Source of the DNA: Eledone cirrhosa
Taxonomy: Eukaryota
Direction: 5' to 3'
Assembly: GCA_964016885.1 (NCBI GenBank)
Contig: OZ024741.1
Coordinates: 18,228,001 to 18,292,000 of the forward strand
Length of the DNA: 64,000 nt
Below the pieces are notes generated by a model that made no database searches, had not been told where the DNA came from, and saw only the letters and a program-made list of their open reading frames with translations. Of the stretch, positions 40,997 to 54,878 are shown in pieces. The translations under genes were made by a program, and so were the position numbers. Numbering within the stretch: the first letter of the stretch is position 1; every line of letters begins with the position of its first letter.

Positions 40997-41345
40997 TTAC
41001 ATATATAGATGCAATCATACGCGCTTACATTCGTTTGTAAATATACATATACATACACACATAACGTATAAACATAGTTAAACACACTTACTCACAGAAC
41101 GCACACCGAAACAGACTCATATATTTATATACAAATACATATATATTTACATACATGCGTAAGCTTGTACATACACATACGCAAAAAAAAAAATATATAG
41201 AGAGAGAGAGATATTTATATATCAACTAGCTGTTGAAAAGGCAAGAGCTCAGCCGTCGGGTCCCGACTCATTATATAAAATTATATAAAATAAAGTACCA
41301 GTAATGTACTGGGTAATTGCTGGCCTTGTGCCTAAAAATAGAAAC

Positions 41346-41419
<74 letters not shown>

Positions 41420-42031
41420 GCCTATTTATATATTTATATATGATTTCTGAGAGTGGTTGAGAAAGAAATAGAGGCGGTGTCAGAAAATATCGTTTCTCTA
41501 AATTTAGCAGACGACAGGAAGATCGTCTGACGTTGTTGAAATAACGAAATAACGAAGTAACGTGTGAATCTGATGAATGACAAGAGGTTATAAGATCCAC
41601 AATAAGATGGTGGGGTGGACATCATATAGAAGTTTTACAGCTAAATTTATCTGATATCCGACATAATTACATTATACTTTAGACTCGTCATTTTCTTCTT
41701 ACAAGCTTTTCTCGTATTTTATTACTTTACTCTCTGTACGTCAGTCAAATATTTCGTCTGCTGTATTTAAATTATTTTTTTTCTATGGAGTTTGTGTGTA
41801 AGTGTTTAAGTGTTTTTGTATGTATGTATGCATGTATGTATGTATGTATGTATGTATGTATGTATGTATGTATGTATGTATGTATGTATGTATGTATGTA
41901 TGTACGTATGTATTATGTATGTATGTATGTATGCATGTATGTATGTATGTATGTATGCATGTATATATGTATCAATGTGTGTGCATGTCTGACTCTCTCT
42001 CAATATATATATATATATGTGTGTGTATGGC

Positions 42032-42081
<50 letters not shown>

Positions 42082-42101
42082 GTGTGTGTGTGCGTGTATA
42101 A

Positions 42102-42162
<61 letters not shown>

Positions 42163-42167
42163 TATAA

Positions 42168-42214
<47 letters not shown>

Positions 42215-42217
42215 TAT

Positions 42218-42267
<50 letters not shown>

Positions 42268-42799
42268 CATATATACACACACATATTATATATATATGTA
42301 TATGTCATATATATACATATATATAAATATATATGTGTATATATACAGAGAGAGAGAGGGGGGGACACATTTGCACATACGTCCCATTGCCTCTTGATTC
42401 TCCTATCTACCTATCTAGCCATCCCTCCATATATTTATATATTCTTCAACATCCTATTTTAGCCCCCTCCTTATCCCCCTCCTCATCATCATCATCGCTA
42501 TAATAGTTATTGTTGTTATTAACTATTAATATTTTAACTTTCTTTCTAATTACTTTCTAACATCATTCTATACTCCAAGAAATAAAAAAAAATACTTAGT
42601 TTGTGAAAGACACTCATAAACATACAAACATACAGACACACGTACACAGTCATACTCTTAGCCAATATATACACATGCACACACGTATAAATGAGTGCGT
42701 ATATATATATATATATACTCACACATACACACACACACATATATATATATATATCGCCTAGAGTATAAATATGTATATATATATATGTATATATATATG

Positions 42800-42832
<33 letters not shown>

Positions 42833-42853
42833 CCTAGAGTATAAATATATATA

Positions 42854-43271
<418 letters not shown>

Positions 43272-44030
43272 TGATACTCTTCTATTCACTTCCGGTTGGC
43301 ATAGAATGGCGATTGACTTCTTCCTATTAGATGTCGTAAACTTCCTGTGCATTTCGACAGCTTCCGCTCAATGTCCCAAACAACTTGTGAGTTAACGACA
43401 ACAACATGCCCTCTGGTGGCCGTTACATGTCAACATAAGTTCACACACACACACATACAGACTGTGTTATATGTCCAAAAACTGACACGCTTAAAAATGA
43501 ACCTTAATCTCGTAGTAGATATCTTTAGTGTTTTACTGGTTTCCTTCATTAGACTGTGGCCATGCTGGGGCCATGCTGGGACACCGCTTTGAAGAGATTT
43601 AGTCAATCTTATCGATTACATTGCTTATTTATTCAAGTCTGATACTTATTTTATCGATATCATTTTTCAAACACATACACACACACACAGATACACACAC
43701 TCACACACATATATACAAACAAAAATGTATATACAGATATATTCTTATATATAGCCATCGTCTCACGAATCACAACAAACACTGTATTTCTTTGTTGAAT
43801 CGCCAGTCTGAGAATCAGATCGATAATTGAGTCAGGACCATAACTTCTATTGGTGACCTTGAACCAATCCTCTGCGAAACGCGTGTAACAGGTCGATACT
43901 CAATAAAAAATAAATAAATAAATGTAAACGAAACTTCATCGTCTTTTTTTAAAATAAAATATACACTGCCTGTGTATTGAGTACTAGTTCTGGTAAAACC
44001 ACCAGTAATTCACTGAATCGCATATACTAT

Positions 44031-44080
<50 letters not shown>

Positions 44081-44082
<2 letters not shown>

Positions 44083-44422
44083 GATAACAAGTTATCGTTT
44101 TAGGTAATCCAGTTAGAGGTTGTGAGTACTCTGTACTATGGATAGTTTTAACGTACGGCGTTGTTTGACTCAACAAGAGGTTTCCTTAGTTAGGTAGCGA
44201 GATTGCGAGAATTCCCATGTAGGTTATTCTTGGAGTAATAATAGTGAAAGAGTGAAGAATAACATGGTCGGCTGTACAAAAAGGGGTTTATTTATAGTAT
44301 TAACGCTAGTTTCATTGATCAGAGCGGCCTTTAGACTCACCTGATCAATGAAACAATTGTTAATACTGTAAATAAAATACTTTTTGTACAGACGACCATG
44401 TTATTCTTCACTCTTTCACTAT
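44081..44422. mobile_element. PLE-like fold-back plus 160-nt tail; arms carry the HHR 3' half
   Basis: 44241-44322 inverted at 44341-44421; GAAA C-AATT-G TT aatac. Confidence 0.7.
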
Positions 44423-44490
44423 ATATATCTATATATGTGTGTGTGTGTGTTTGTGTGCTTGTGTGTGTGCGTGCGTGTGTGGGTGCGTGT

Positions 44491-44521
<31 letters not shown>

Positions 44522-44951
44522 CGTTTATCTCGGGTTCAATCGGGGGTGACCACAGTAAGTAAGGTACTCAATAGATAGCAGAGTATAAATTAGAGAGAGC
44601 GGCAAGAGACGGGTTTCTGCGCAATTTCTGTCTCGCAATGGGTTAAATTTGCATGACGAGGCTATAACAGAAGAGACTTGCCTAAGGTACCACTCAGCGA
44701 GACTGGGCTCGGAATCTTGTAAGTTTTAACCGCCTGTAAATACCTAGAATCTTTAGTTATTTAGCTACTGTAAATAAGGATTTGTTTAAAGTATGGACTG
44801 CTTCTGATTGTTAACATCTGTAACTTCTAATAACTTCCATATCTTAACATTAACATATTGGGGGAGGGGGTCGAGGAATATCAACAAAACCGCTGACTTA
44901 CGAAATACTGGAAAAATCTAAAATAAGTACGTCCGAACGCAAAGGACCATA

Positions 44952-45386
44952 ATAATTGTTTCTACTTTTGGCACAAGGCCAGCAATTATCCTAGTGTATT
45001 ACTGGTACTTTATTTTATCGACCCCGTAAGGATGAAAGGCAAAGTTAACCTCGGCGGGATTTGAACTCAGATTATAAAGGGCCGTAACTCTTTGCTGCAA
45101 AACATGTTGTCCGACCCTCTACCGATACTGCCAATCACCGCCCTGGTGGAGGACCATAATAATAGGACCATAAAAATAGGCGATCATTATAAATACATGA
45201 TGGATTGGCAGTATCGTTAGAGGGTCGGACGCCATGCTTTGCAGCAAAGAGTTACGTCCCTTTATGATCTGAGTTGAAATCCCGCCGAGGTTAACTTTGC
45301 CTTTCATCCTTACGGGGTCGATAAAATAAAGTACCAGTAATGTACTGGAATAATTGCTGGCCTTGTGCCAAAAATAGAAACAATTA
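44952..45386. mobile_element. Two dominant-family SINEs head to head (44952-45142 -, 45197-45386 +)
   Basis: Both match the 1966 copy. Confidence 0.85.
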
Positions 45387-45679
45387 TGAATAGTAGTTGG
45401 TAAAATCGAGTAAAGTAATCCTGGAGAGGAATTGAATTAGACGGAGGCGCCTGTGAAGGAACCTTCCGTCTCCAGAGGTAATTTACTACATTTTCTACAC
45501 TATTTATATTCACAATCTTGAGGTTGTAAGTTCGATTCCTTTCTCTAGAAATCAGTTGTATTCAGACATAGAAAGCAATGTGTTTGGTCAATCTCAGGGT
45601 CTCTAAACACGCCTTATATCAGTACGGTGCCCTAAAACATATTCAGGAATTATGGGCCCTTGACGCGGAATATTGTATG

Positions 45680-46260
45680 GTTAAAAACCTGCCATCAAAA
45701 TTTTATAATTTTATGTAAGACCCATTGTAAAGTTCTGTTCTAAACACCAATTTAATGAGAAAATTAGTTGTAGTATTAAATACCACCACCCCACACAAAG
45801 GATTCTTGATTGTAAAGTGTTGTAGTTTGTTTGGAGTCTTGTGGAATACGAGATTCAAATACGAAAGAACACAGTGAAATAAAATAATATAAGTAAGGAT
45901 AATTGGAAGTTACCTTAGCAATTTTTAATGATCCCAAATATTGTCGGATTTTCCATCAGAAATCTGTAGGGGGGGGGACCTCCGACACCTGGGAAATGTG
46001 GGAGAATGTTTGATTTAATCAAAGACTTAAAGTGTTTATATTTAACTAAAAACCTTCCATCATAGTTTTATGTAAAAACATTTGTTAAATTATGTTCCAA
46101 AACCAACTTAATGAGAAAGTTAATCCACTCAAATTCTTGATTATTTTCAAAATTATTCTAAAATCATAGGCAGTCTTTCTTCCATCATAATGTTATATAA
46201 GAGCCTTTGTTTAGTTATGTTCCAGATATCAACTTTATAATGATAAAATTAGATATTTTG
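45680..46260. repeat. Three diverged copies of an AT-rich repeat unit
   Basis: CTTCCATCA..TTATGTTCCA..AATGA..AAA-like blocks at about 45685, 46050 and 46178. Confidence 0.45.
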
Positions 46261-46830
46261 GAATATTAGCTGGATAGTTTAACGAAGACAGTGTGCACAG
46301 AGGCATGCATGAACCCGTAACTCTAGAGGATGTCGTTGGGGTGTCATATTGACATAAGTTGTTTATTGGGCATTTTTCAAGCCTGTCGGAGCCCAATCCT
46401 CTCCAGGCCTGAATACAGCAGATTTCTTCCAGACAAGGATAGAGAGAGTGAAAGTGAGAGAGATATAGAGGAAGAATCTACCCTAGTAGTAAACTGGTAC
46501 TTTTTAAATCGACCTTCAATGGATGATAAGCAAAGTTGACCACAGCGGGATTTGAACTCAGAGAGAAGAGAGTCGAGACAAATACTGCAAAGTATTCTGT
46601 ACGATTTTCCTACGACTGTCAATTCACCGCATAACAACCGGTGATGTGGGGCCGATTATAAGTGTTGGTAGCTGTGTATGGGGTTTGAACTTAGAACATG
46701 GGAGTCGGTAAACGAGTATCAAATCCACTTGGTTGCCTCAATCCACAACCATAATTATTCCTAATCAACTAAACACGCACACACACATACAAACATATAC
46801 ACATAAACATAAATATATATATACATATAC

Positions 46831-47033
46831 ATAGGAAAAAGTATGACCCGACGGCAGAGCTCAAGCCGTTTCGACGGCTATTTCTGGACTCAGAGTCCAG
46901 AAATAGCCGTCGAAACGGCTTGAGCTCTGCCGTCGGGGTCATACTTTTTCCTATTTCCCACTCTACTACCCTAAGTATTGAGTACTCTGGTGCGTTATGG
47001 TCCACCTGGTTCCTTACCACAATTCCTTTGTTA
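46831..47033. mobile_element. F2 mini fold-back plus tail
   Basis: Palindrome centred on GGACTC-A-GAGTCC (46892); tail as at 7105-7185. Confidence 0.85.
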
Positions 47034-47365
47034 TACATATACACACACACATATATGTAAATATATATACACATACCACGTATATATAAATATACACACA
47101 CACACGTATATATAAATACACACACACACACACACGTATATATAAATATATACACACACGCACACGTATAAATATACACACACGCACGTATATATAAATA
47201 TATATATACACATACATATACACGTATATATAAATACACACACATACAGGTATATATAAATACACTCACACACACACTCACACACGTATATATAAATACA
47301 CACACACACGTACATATAAATACACTCACACACATACACACGTATATATAAATACACACACACAT

Positions 47366-47411
<46 letters not shown>

Positions 47412-48102
47412 ATATCACAACAGAAACGACAAAGTAGTTAAGAGATGAAATAAAGGGGGTTATCTTCGGAATCTGTGAACCAATATTTTGTGTTCTTGAC
47501 AGGAATTATTTCCTGGTGGCAGCGGCGTGTGAGGGGGGGGGGGGGGCGGGGTGAACCCAGGGCTCACATTAATAGCAGCTCATTATTCTTTTTTCTCGTG
47601 TTTTGGGGTTGAATTATCAAAAAAAAAAAAAAAGACACCATGTGTTAATGATTTCCCTGGAATCCGGGAACATAACTAAAGTGTCACGACCAATCACTGT
47701 TTGAAAACAAACTAACCCCTCGCTTCATCCCAAAGTGATCACAATTAGGGGGTTAAAACTATAATGTATATATACATATATATATATGAGACATATTGTC
47801 TTTAATGCGTTGAAATGTCCAAGACTCCGCAGCACACAGCTGATGAAGGAAACTTTTCTCCCGTTCTTGCTTTCCTCTTTTTATAAGTACTCCTTATCCA
47901 GCAACTACCATTTATTCTTATATATATACTGTACCGATTGTGTTGTTATTTCTGTTTAACTTTTACATACATATATATATAAATGTGTGTGTGGGGTGGA
48001 GGGGGGGGGGGAACATGAATAGACCTGTTATTTTTATTTAAAGACATTTTTTTTCAAATTCCAACCTGCCCGTCCCTTCAATCTATCTTATTTCTTATTC
48101 TT

Positions 48103-48138
48103 TTTTCTGATGACGGACTAGCGTCAGAAACGTTAATA
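48103..48138 (+). ncRNA. Minimal hammerhead (family F7, 48015-48225), diverged
   Basis: CTGATGA cggac tagc gtca GAAA CG TT; homologous to 50813. Confidence 0.6.
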
Positions 48139-48310
48139 CTCTCTTCCTGCTATTTCAAGCGTTACCTAATATATCCCTTCCATATAGTGTACCGATTCTG
48201 TTGTTATTTCTGTTTATCTCTTACATACATACCCACTCTCAAGAGTTAACCTAATACCAACACCGTTCGTAACTGCACTCCTTGTTATTGTTTTTGTTTT
48301 TTACTTTTCC

Positions 48311-48370
<60 letters not shown>

Positions 48371-48474
48371 TGTATGTATCTATGTATCTCCGTATGTATT
48401 TGACGGCTGAGAGATAGGATTTCTGAAAACCGAAGTAGAGTTTTAATATTCATTTTATTAAGGCTAAATTAGAG

Positions 48475-48524
48475 TCTTGTTACTCTGGTGTTTCACCTGT
48501 TTATCCCAGGGTCATCAGACAAGA
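48475..48524 (-). ncRNA. Type I hammerhead ribozyme
   Basis: Minus strand: tcttgt CTGATGA ccctg ggataaa caggt GAA ac-accaga-gt A acaaga; host block repeated at 48810-48920. Confidence 0.8.
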
Positions 48525-48531
48525 ACATATA

Positions 48532-48747
48532 CAGGGTGTCCTCCAAAAATGTATACACATTTTGATTACCTGTACAGGTAATATTTATTAGAATGCAGTC
48601 TTTCCCCAAAATAAAATCTACAGACATAATTCAATTGCATGTAAATACCCAAAAATGTTTCCATAATTTCAATAATGCATATAAAACTAGTTATTTTAAT
48701 GCATTCTTTTAAGATTTTTTCTGTATATATTTTTGGGCGTCATCCTG
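48532..48747. mobile_element. Tc1/mariner-like MITE
   Basis: Imperfect TIRs CAGGGTGTCCTCCAAAAATGTATAC / GTATATATTTTTGGGCGTCATCCTG, each flanked by TA. Confidence 0.6.
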
Positions 48748-48751
48748 TATG

Positions 48752-48790
<39 letters not shown>

Positions 48791-48932
48791 ATGTAGATGT
48801 CTGTGTGTTTGTTTGATGGCTGCGAGAAAGGAGAACTAAATACCGAAGTAGAGTGTTAATATTCATTTTATTAAGGTTGAATTTTGAGTCTTATTACTCT
48901 GGAGTTTCGCCTGTTTATCACACGTGTGTGTG

Positions 48933-48989
<57 letters not shown>

Positions 48990-49174
48990 CGTTATAAGAT
49001 GTTATTTTAACTCAGCCTCACTTTCATTTTTAATTGATATCATTTTCAAAATTTATACAATTTATATTGTTTTGTCTGAAGAATGAGGTGGATATTTCTG
49101 TAAGAATCATCTAGTTTCTCGAAACCTTCAGTAATGGAATAATTATATCGTGTTGTTTATTATGTAATTAAATA

Positions 49175-49460
<286 letters not shown>

Positions 49461-49469
49461 ATATATATA

Positions 49470-49782
49470 AATGACAAGTAAGTATGTTTTGAAACAGTGA
49501 GCAGGTTTGAAATTAGAAAATAGAATAGCTTTCACCGTATTTTTGACTAAAGAAATTTTAGCCTGATAATGGGGTTTAGAACCCTCAGATAAATGGAAAA
49601 AGATGAGTATTGACGTACATGGGAGTCGAACCCAATGGTGTAAATGGTAGCACAGTGGTCTGGATAACCAAAGATGTGGGTTCGACTCCCATGTACGCCA
49701 ATACTCATCTTTTTCTATTTATCTGAGGGTTCTAAACCCCATTATCAGGCTAAAATTTCTTTAGTCAAAAATACAGTGAAAT
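49470..49782 (+). mobile_element. tRNA-headed SINE-like element with PLE-type inverted arm plus tail in (TA)n
   Basis: tRNA-like 49635-49700 (D arm gtgt/gcac, anticodon arm tggt/acca, T arm tggg-TTCGACT-ccca); 49530-49634 inverted at 49677-49781; left-only tail 49470-49529. Confidence 0.75.
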
Positions 49783-50027
49783 ATATATATATATATACAC
49801 ACACACATATATATATATATATATACACTCACACACAGACACACACATACATATATAGACATTGCGGAAAATGTGGTACAGTAAGATATATTTGGGAAAA
49901 TAGAATAATGTCTTCACTTGTGTCTGGCGTTCTTTAATAAATCAAATCTTTACAGTAAGCTGTAATTGATTGTAAACATTTGAATTATTAAAGAACACCC
50001 ACCACCAGGGAAGACATTCTTCTTTCT

Positions 50028-50083
<56 letters not shown>

Positions 50084-50208
50084 GTGTATATGTGTATGTA
50101 TATATATATATTTACATATATATATATATATATACACATATATATACGTATATATATACATATATATACGTATATATATATGTATGTGTATATATATATA
50201 TGTATATG

Positions 50209-50293
<85 letters not shown>

Positions 50294-50332
50294 GTATGTA
50301 TATATATATATATGTATATATATATATGTATG

Positions 50333-50365
<33 letters not shown>

Positions 50366-50812
50366 GTGTATGTATGTATATATATAAGATGATAAAGTAG
50401 TTTTCACTTTTCGTTGGTAAAATAAAACTTGTCGAGTGATTATGCAACTATCAATGATGAAGCAACTTAGCGAATAGTTTTCTCAACATGTATTATTGAG
50501 TCCTGCAATATAATATTCCTGGTGTTAATCCACGAGTATTTTACAGGTTCCAATAATCCATGGAGTATGTATAAATCAATATGTTAGGAAAAAACACAAA
50601 AGGCTATGATTAACCCGATAATGAAACACGTGTTGCAATGTATAATTAAATAAGTTTTTTTTCTAATCGCATATATATATATATATATATAACGCCAGCA
50701 CCAACAGTTCTGCAAGAGATGTCAACAGGAATGGACCAGTTATTTTTATCTAAAGACATTTTTTCCAATTCCAACCCAACCATTCCTTCAATCTATCTTA
50801 TTTCTCATTCTT

Positions 50813-50848
50813 TCTTCTGATGAAGGACTAGCGTCCGAAACGTTAAGA
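50813..50848 (+). ncRNA. Minimal type I hammerhead (F7, 50725-50930)
   Basis: tctt CTGATGA a ggac tagc gtcc GAAA CG TT aaga; palindromic AACGTT in place of stem III. Confidence 0.85.
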
Positions 50849-50929
50849 CCCTCTTCCTGCTATATCAAGCGTTAACGTAATATATCCCTTCCATATACTG
50901 TACCGATTGTGTTGTTATTTCTGTTTACC

Positions 50930-50974
<45 letters not shown>

Positions 50975-50975
50975 G

Positions 50976-51055
<80 letters not shown>

Positions 51056-51200
51056 TATATATATATAAGTATATATATATATAAGTATATATATATATAT
51101 ATATAAGTATATATATGTAAGTATATATATATATATATATAAGTATATATATATAAGTATATATATATAAGTATATATATATATAAGTATATATATGTAA

Positions 51201-51264
<64 letters not shown>

Positions 51265-51275
51265 AGATCAAAAGA

Positions 51276-51318
<43 letters not shown>

Positions 51319-51865
51319 TTAAAATAGTATCTTTTGATCTTATATTATGTATACTCCAGTCCTACAGTCTGTAGAGTGCTTCTTATCCGATATCTGCATT
51401 GCTTTATTGTACTACAATAAAACTCACCTCCTACATATATATATATATATAGTCGAACGCAAGACGTATCGCCAGTTATTCCAAGGAACTGGCTGAGAAA
51501 AGAGAGAAACGTGCCCTGGCGAGGGCGGGGCCCGAGCCCGTCCCACGTCGGAAGGGCCGTGGTTGTTGGTCTAACACGGAGATCCACAGCCAACCAAAAA
51601 AAAGCCTTCGTGAGCCTCATTTTTTCAAGTAAAAAGAAATTCAAACACTCATATATGAAAAAACAACCTGCGACAACCCCCCCCCCCTCTTATTTGAAGA
51701 ACTATTGTAACGCGAACTGGCGCGAAATTTATTATAATTATTGACAAACCAATCAAATTACTTCTCGAAAAACCTGGTTTTCGAGCCAGTTTTTCCATAT
51801 AAAACAAGTAACATTTAGAGACCAACCAGATGTGAGAAAAACCACAGACCCTCCATCTCAACTCA

Positions 51866-51903
51866 CCTTTTGAAAAGCAGAAGAACTGCGAAACCGGTAA
51901 AGG
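51866..51903 (+). ncRNA. Minimal hammerhead with U3:A8 core variant
   Basis: cctt TTGAAAA gcag aagaa ctgc GAAA CCGG TA aagg. Confidence 0.75.
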
Positions 51904-52034
51904 AACCAAATAAATATATATATTTAAAAAAAAAATAAGACTTCAGTTGCATTTTCGATTTCATCCCTTTTTCTTTATACTTCCACTCGTGTAGGACACC
52001 TCGGTTATTTTTCATTTTGTAAAAAAAACCTCAC

Positions 52035-52098
<64 letters not shown>

Positions 52099-52114
52099 TA
52101 AAATAACAGATTAA

Positions 52115-52165
52115 AGTTTAAGCAAAGAATCGCTGCTTTCACCCTTAACGGGATCTTCTGAAACT
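52115..52165 (-). ncRNA. Hammerhead-like motif (U4A) in the PLE 3' pLTR; mutated copy at 54522-54572
   Basis: Minus strand: agttt CAGAAGA tccc gtta agggt GAA agca..tgct T aaact. Confidence 0.6.
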
Positions 52166-53093
52166 AACAAAGTCAATCTGTAAACGCAGAACTGGATATT
52201 TCAAAAAACATTGCAACCGGAGGAAGACAGGAAGACGATCCTTTGGTTCGTGGTAACGTTCGCTGGCAAAGAACGGGAAAAAACGAATAATACGTCATTA
52301 ATAGGAGCGGTGAAAAACAATTACGCGCAAATACAGAACCACGTTTATGGTATAAAAGAGGTCGTAGACTAATGTTTTCTTAGGTGGTGCATAGAGACGT
52401 TCTCTGGCAATGAACGAAAAAACGAAGATAATAAGTCATATGTGGAGCGTGGAGAACAATAGCACGCAAAGACAAAACCACGTAAATGGTATAGCAGAAA
52501 TCGTAGACTAAAATTCTAACTAGGAGACCAAATGAATCTCCGCTACAGAGTTAAGAACAAAGTAAATAAATACAATACAGAAGTAATAGAAACAAATAAA
52601 TACATACACGCAAACAGATACGTACATACACAAGCATACGCAAAACCTTACCATGGGTATACAAAACCACGCACATATAAATATGTGTGTGTGTGTATGC
52701 TTGTGTACAAATAAATAAATAATTCTATAAACGTATATAAGTAAATAAATACGTATATAACAAGCGCACACGCATACCTACATATAAATACACGAATGTT
52801 CGGAGACGTAAGTCAACTAAAACAAGAAGTACACATATACACACACCCACAATACGTACGAACCTGCACACTCACGCGGACGCAAAACTCCCGTATACGC
52901 ATAGCCAAACCCTAAATACCAGAATATGTAAAAAGTATACGCTATAACAGTCAAATATACGTACGAGAAGGTATACATACCTTCACAAAACATACGGGTA
53001 ATATATACTTACCTATGCAAATAAGTAAAGGAATAAACAAAACATATACTTAGCTCCCACATCAAGACGTAAAATATCCACGTATAGATCGTG

Positions 53094-54191
53094 CTATCCG
53101 TTAGGGTATAACGTGGGGCTGTAATACAGGAAAGTTTTGTGCAATTTATGTTTACAAGCCGAAATTGCCTCAGATTTTCTGTTTAAAATGTGGTCTGTAG
53201 CGTAGAGTATTTCCAGGGCCTCAGCGGCGCAGAGGTCACATGGTCTTTTATTTCCGTTATACGATCTAGCCCTAGCTAGGATCTCCCAGTGTAACTTATA
53301 TTGGGTGTGGTTGTCTTTTAGACTCCAGATATAAGCTGAAAGTGACGTCATATTCCTTCTTAGAGGGTAACGAAAAGAATGGGTATGCATGTAAAGACGC
53401 TGCTTGAAACTATTGGCGGTTAACCCTATGTAGGCCCTACGGGACGTGGGTGTTACAACCTTACATTTGTAGACAATGTTACTAGAGAGGCATTTCCCGG
53501 ATAGGGGGCAATCAGCCCGATTCCTACAATTACAGTTAGTACTAACTGCAGGGTTGCACGTGTTCCTACGGCTAGGTAGTTTAGCTAAATTTGAAGCTGT
53601 GATGTTATGTGCAAGGTTAGGAGTCGTAGAGTAAGAAATTTTAATAGTATTTCTATTAAAAATTTTACTATATTTATGTGTAGGGGGAAAATGCTTCGTA
53701 ATAAGGGAAAGAAAGATCTTAGCTAATGGTGTGGCCACCTCCATATTATATGGTGGGTTAAACCAACAAATGCGACGGGATCTATTTCTTCTAGGTCTAT
53801 TTTCGTACTCTGTATATGCTACCTTATCGACAAATCCACTTCGAGCAAGAGCTTCATTGTAATAAGTGGAATGGTCGTTGAAAATGCGCTCGTTGGTGGA
53901 AAGACGGGAAAGCCTCAACGAAACGTTTCTTACCAGGTTCTTGGTTATGCTGGCAGGATGGTTGGAATGCTTACTTATGTAATTAAGCATATCATTCGGC
54001 TTTCTATACGGGTAATACAACCCATTCAATAAATTGAGGGTAACGTCGAGGTAATTAACGACCGAGAGATTGGCCTCAACCTGTATAGAGAGGTTGAAGC
54101 CTTTAAAGAAGGCTGTGAGTTCTTTTCTGAACCTGTCGCAAGCACGAGGTCCGCAATTAGTCATGGTCAAAAGACCATCGTCACGGTACCT
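53094..54191 (-). CDS. PLE ORF fragment: RT C-terminal half, Cys-rich linker, GIY-YIG endonuclease
   Basis: The frame extends upstream to RYRDDGL (catalytic motif), then VVNYLDVTL, YRKP, SNHP, WFNPPY, CNCR..CPL..C, IVY..AYIG, CDLC..E, CKH; no stops. Confidence 0.9.
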   Translation of the reverse strand, partial: RYRDDGLLTMTNCGPRACDRFRKELTAFFKGFNLSIQVEANLSVVNYLDVTLNLLNGLYYPYRKPNDMLNYISKHSNHPASITKNLVRNVSLRLSRLSTNERIFNDHSTYYNEALARSGFVDKVAYTEYENRPRRNRSRRICWFNPPYNMEVATPLAKIFLSLITKHFPPTHKYSKIFNRNTIKISYSTTPNLAHNITASNLAKLPSRRNTCNPAVSTNCNCRNRADCPLSGKCLSSNIVYKCKVVTPTSRRAYIGLTANSFKQRLYMHTHSFRYPLRRNMTSLSAYIWSLKDNHTQYKLHWEILARARSYNGNKRPCDLCAAEALEILYATDHILNRKSEAISACKHKLHKTFLYYSPTLYPNG

Positions 54192-54689
54192 GCTATACCA
54201 TTTACGTGGTTTTGTCTTTGCGTGCTATTGTTCTCCACGCTCCACATATGACTTATTATCTTCGTTTTTTCGTTCATTGCCAGAGAACGTCTCTATGCAC
54301 CACCTAAGAGAACATTAGTCTACGACCTCTTTTATACCATAAACGTGGTTTTGTCTTTGCGCGTAATTGTTCTTCACCGCTCCTATTAATGACGTATTAT
54401 TCGTTTTTTCCCGTTCTTTGCCAGCGAACGTTACCACGAACCAAAGTATCGTCTTCCTGTCTTCCTCCGGTTGCAATGTTTTTTGAAATATCCAGTTCTG
54501 CGTTTACAGATTGACTTTGTTAGTTTCAAAAGATCCCGTTAAGGGTGAAAGCAGCGATTCTTTGCTTAAACTTTAATCTGTTATTTTAATAAATATTTGC
54601 TCTACGGTTCTTATATATTTGATATATATTTATCCTTATCGAGCCCTCTTTGGATTTTAGTCTTCAATTTTATTATTATTACTATATAT

Positions 54690-54878
54690 CAGGTTTAATA
54701 CAGAAATGGCTTCTACAGGACTAGAACAGTTTCATTCAAAAGAGGTCACCAGAAACACCTGATGATTTCTTTTGAATGAAACTGTCCTGTAGAAGACATT
54801 TCTCTATTGCATTTGATGTTTACACTCTACTGATGTATTGAGTACCTTCCTAATTCTGGTTACCTCCCGATTGAAACC

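Larger units (their letters stand above)
52092..54688 (-). mobile_element. 5'-truncated Penelope-like element with ~405-bp inverted pseudo-LTR and tail
   Basis: 52092-52497 inverted at 54190-54597; tail 54598-54688 (its end recurs at 39920-39970); RT/GIY-YIG ORF; TA at both ends. Confidence 0.92.

Noticed and set aside
49635-49700. Functional tRNA gene
   Set aside because: The 5' acceptor strand is missing and it is embedded in an inverted mobile-element structure; treated as a SINE head.
52092-54597. Long inverted arms read as DNA-transposon TIRs
   Set aside because: The arms are asymmetric (one has a tail), vary in length between copies, contain hammerheads and enclose an RT/GIY-YIG ORF rather than a transposase.
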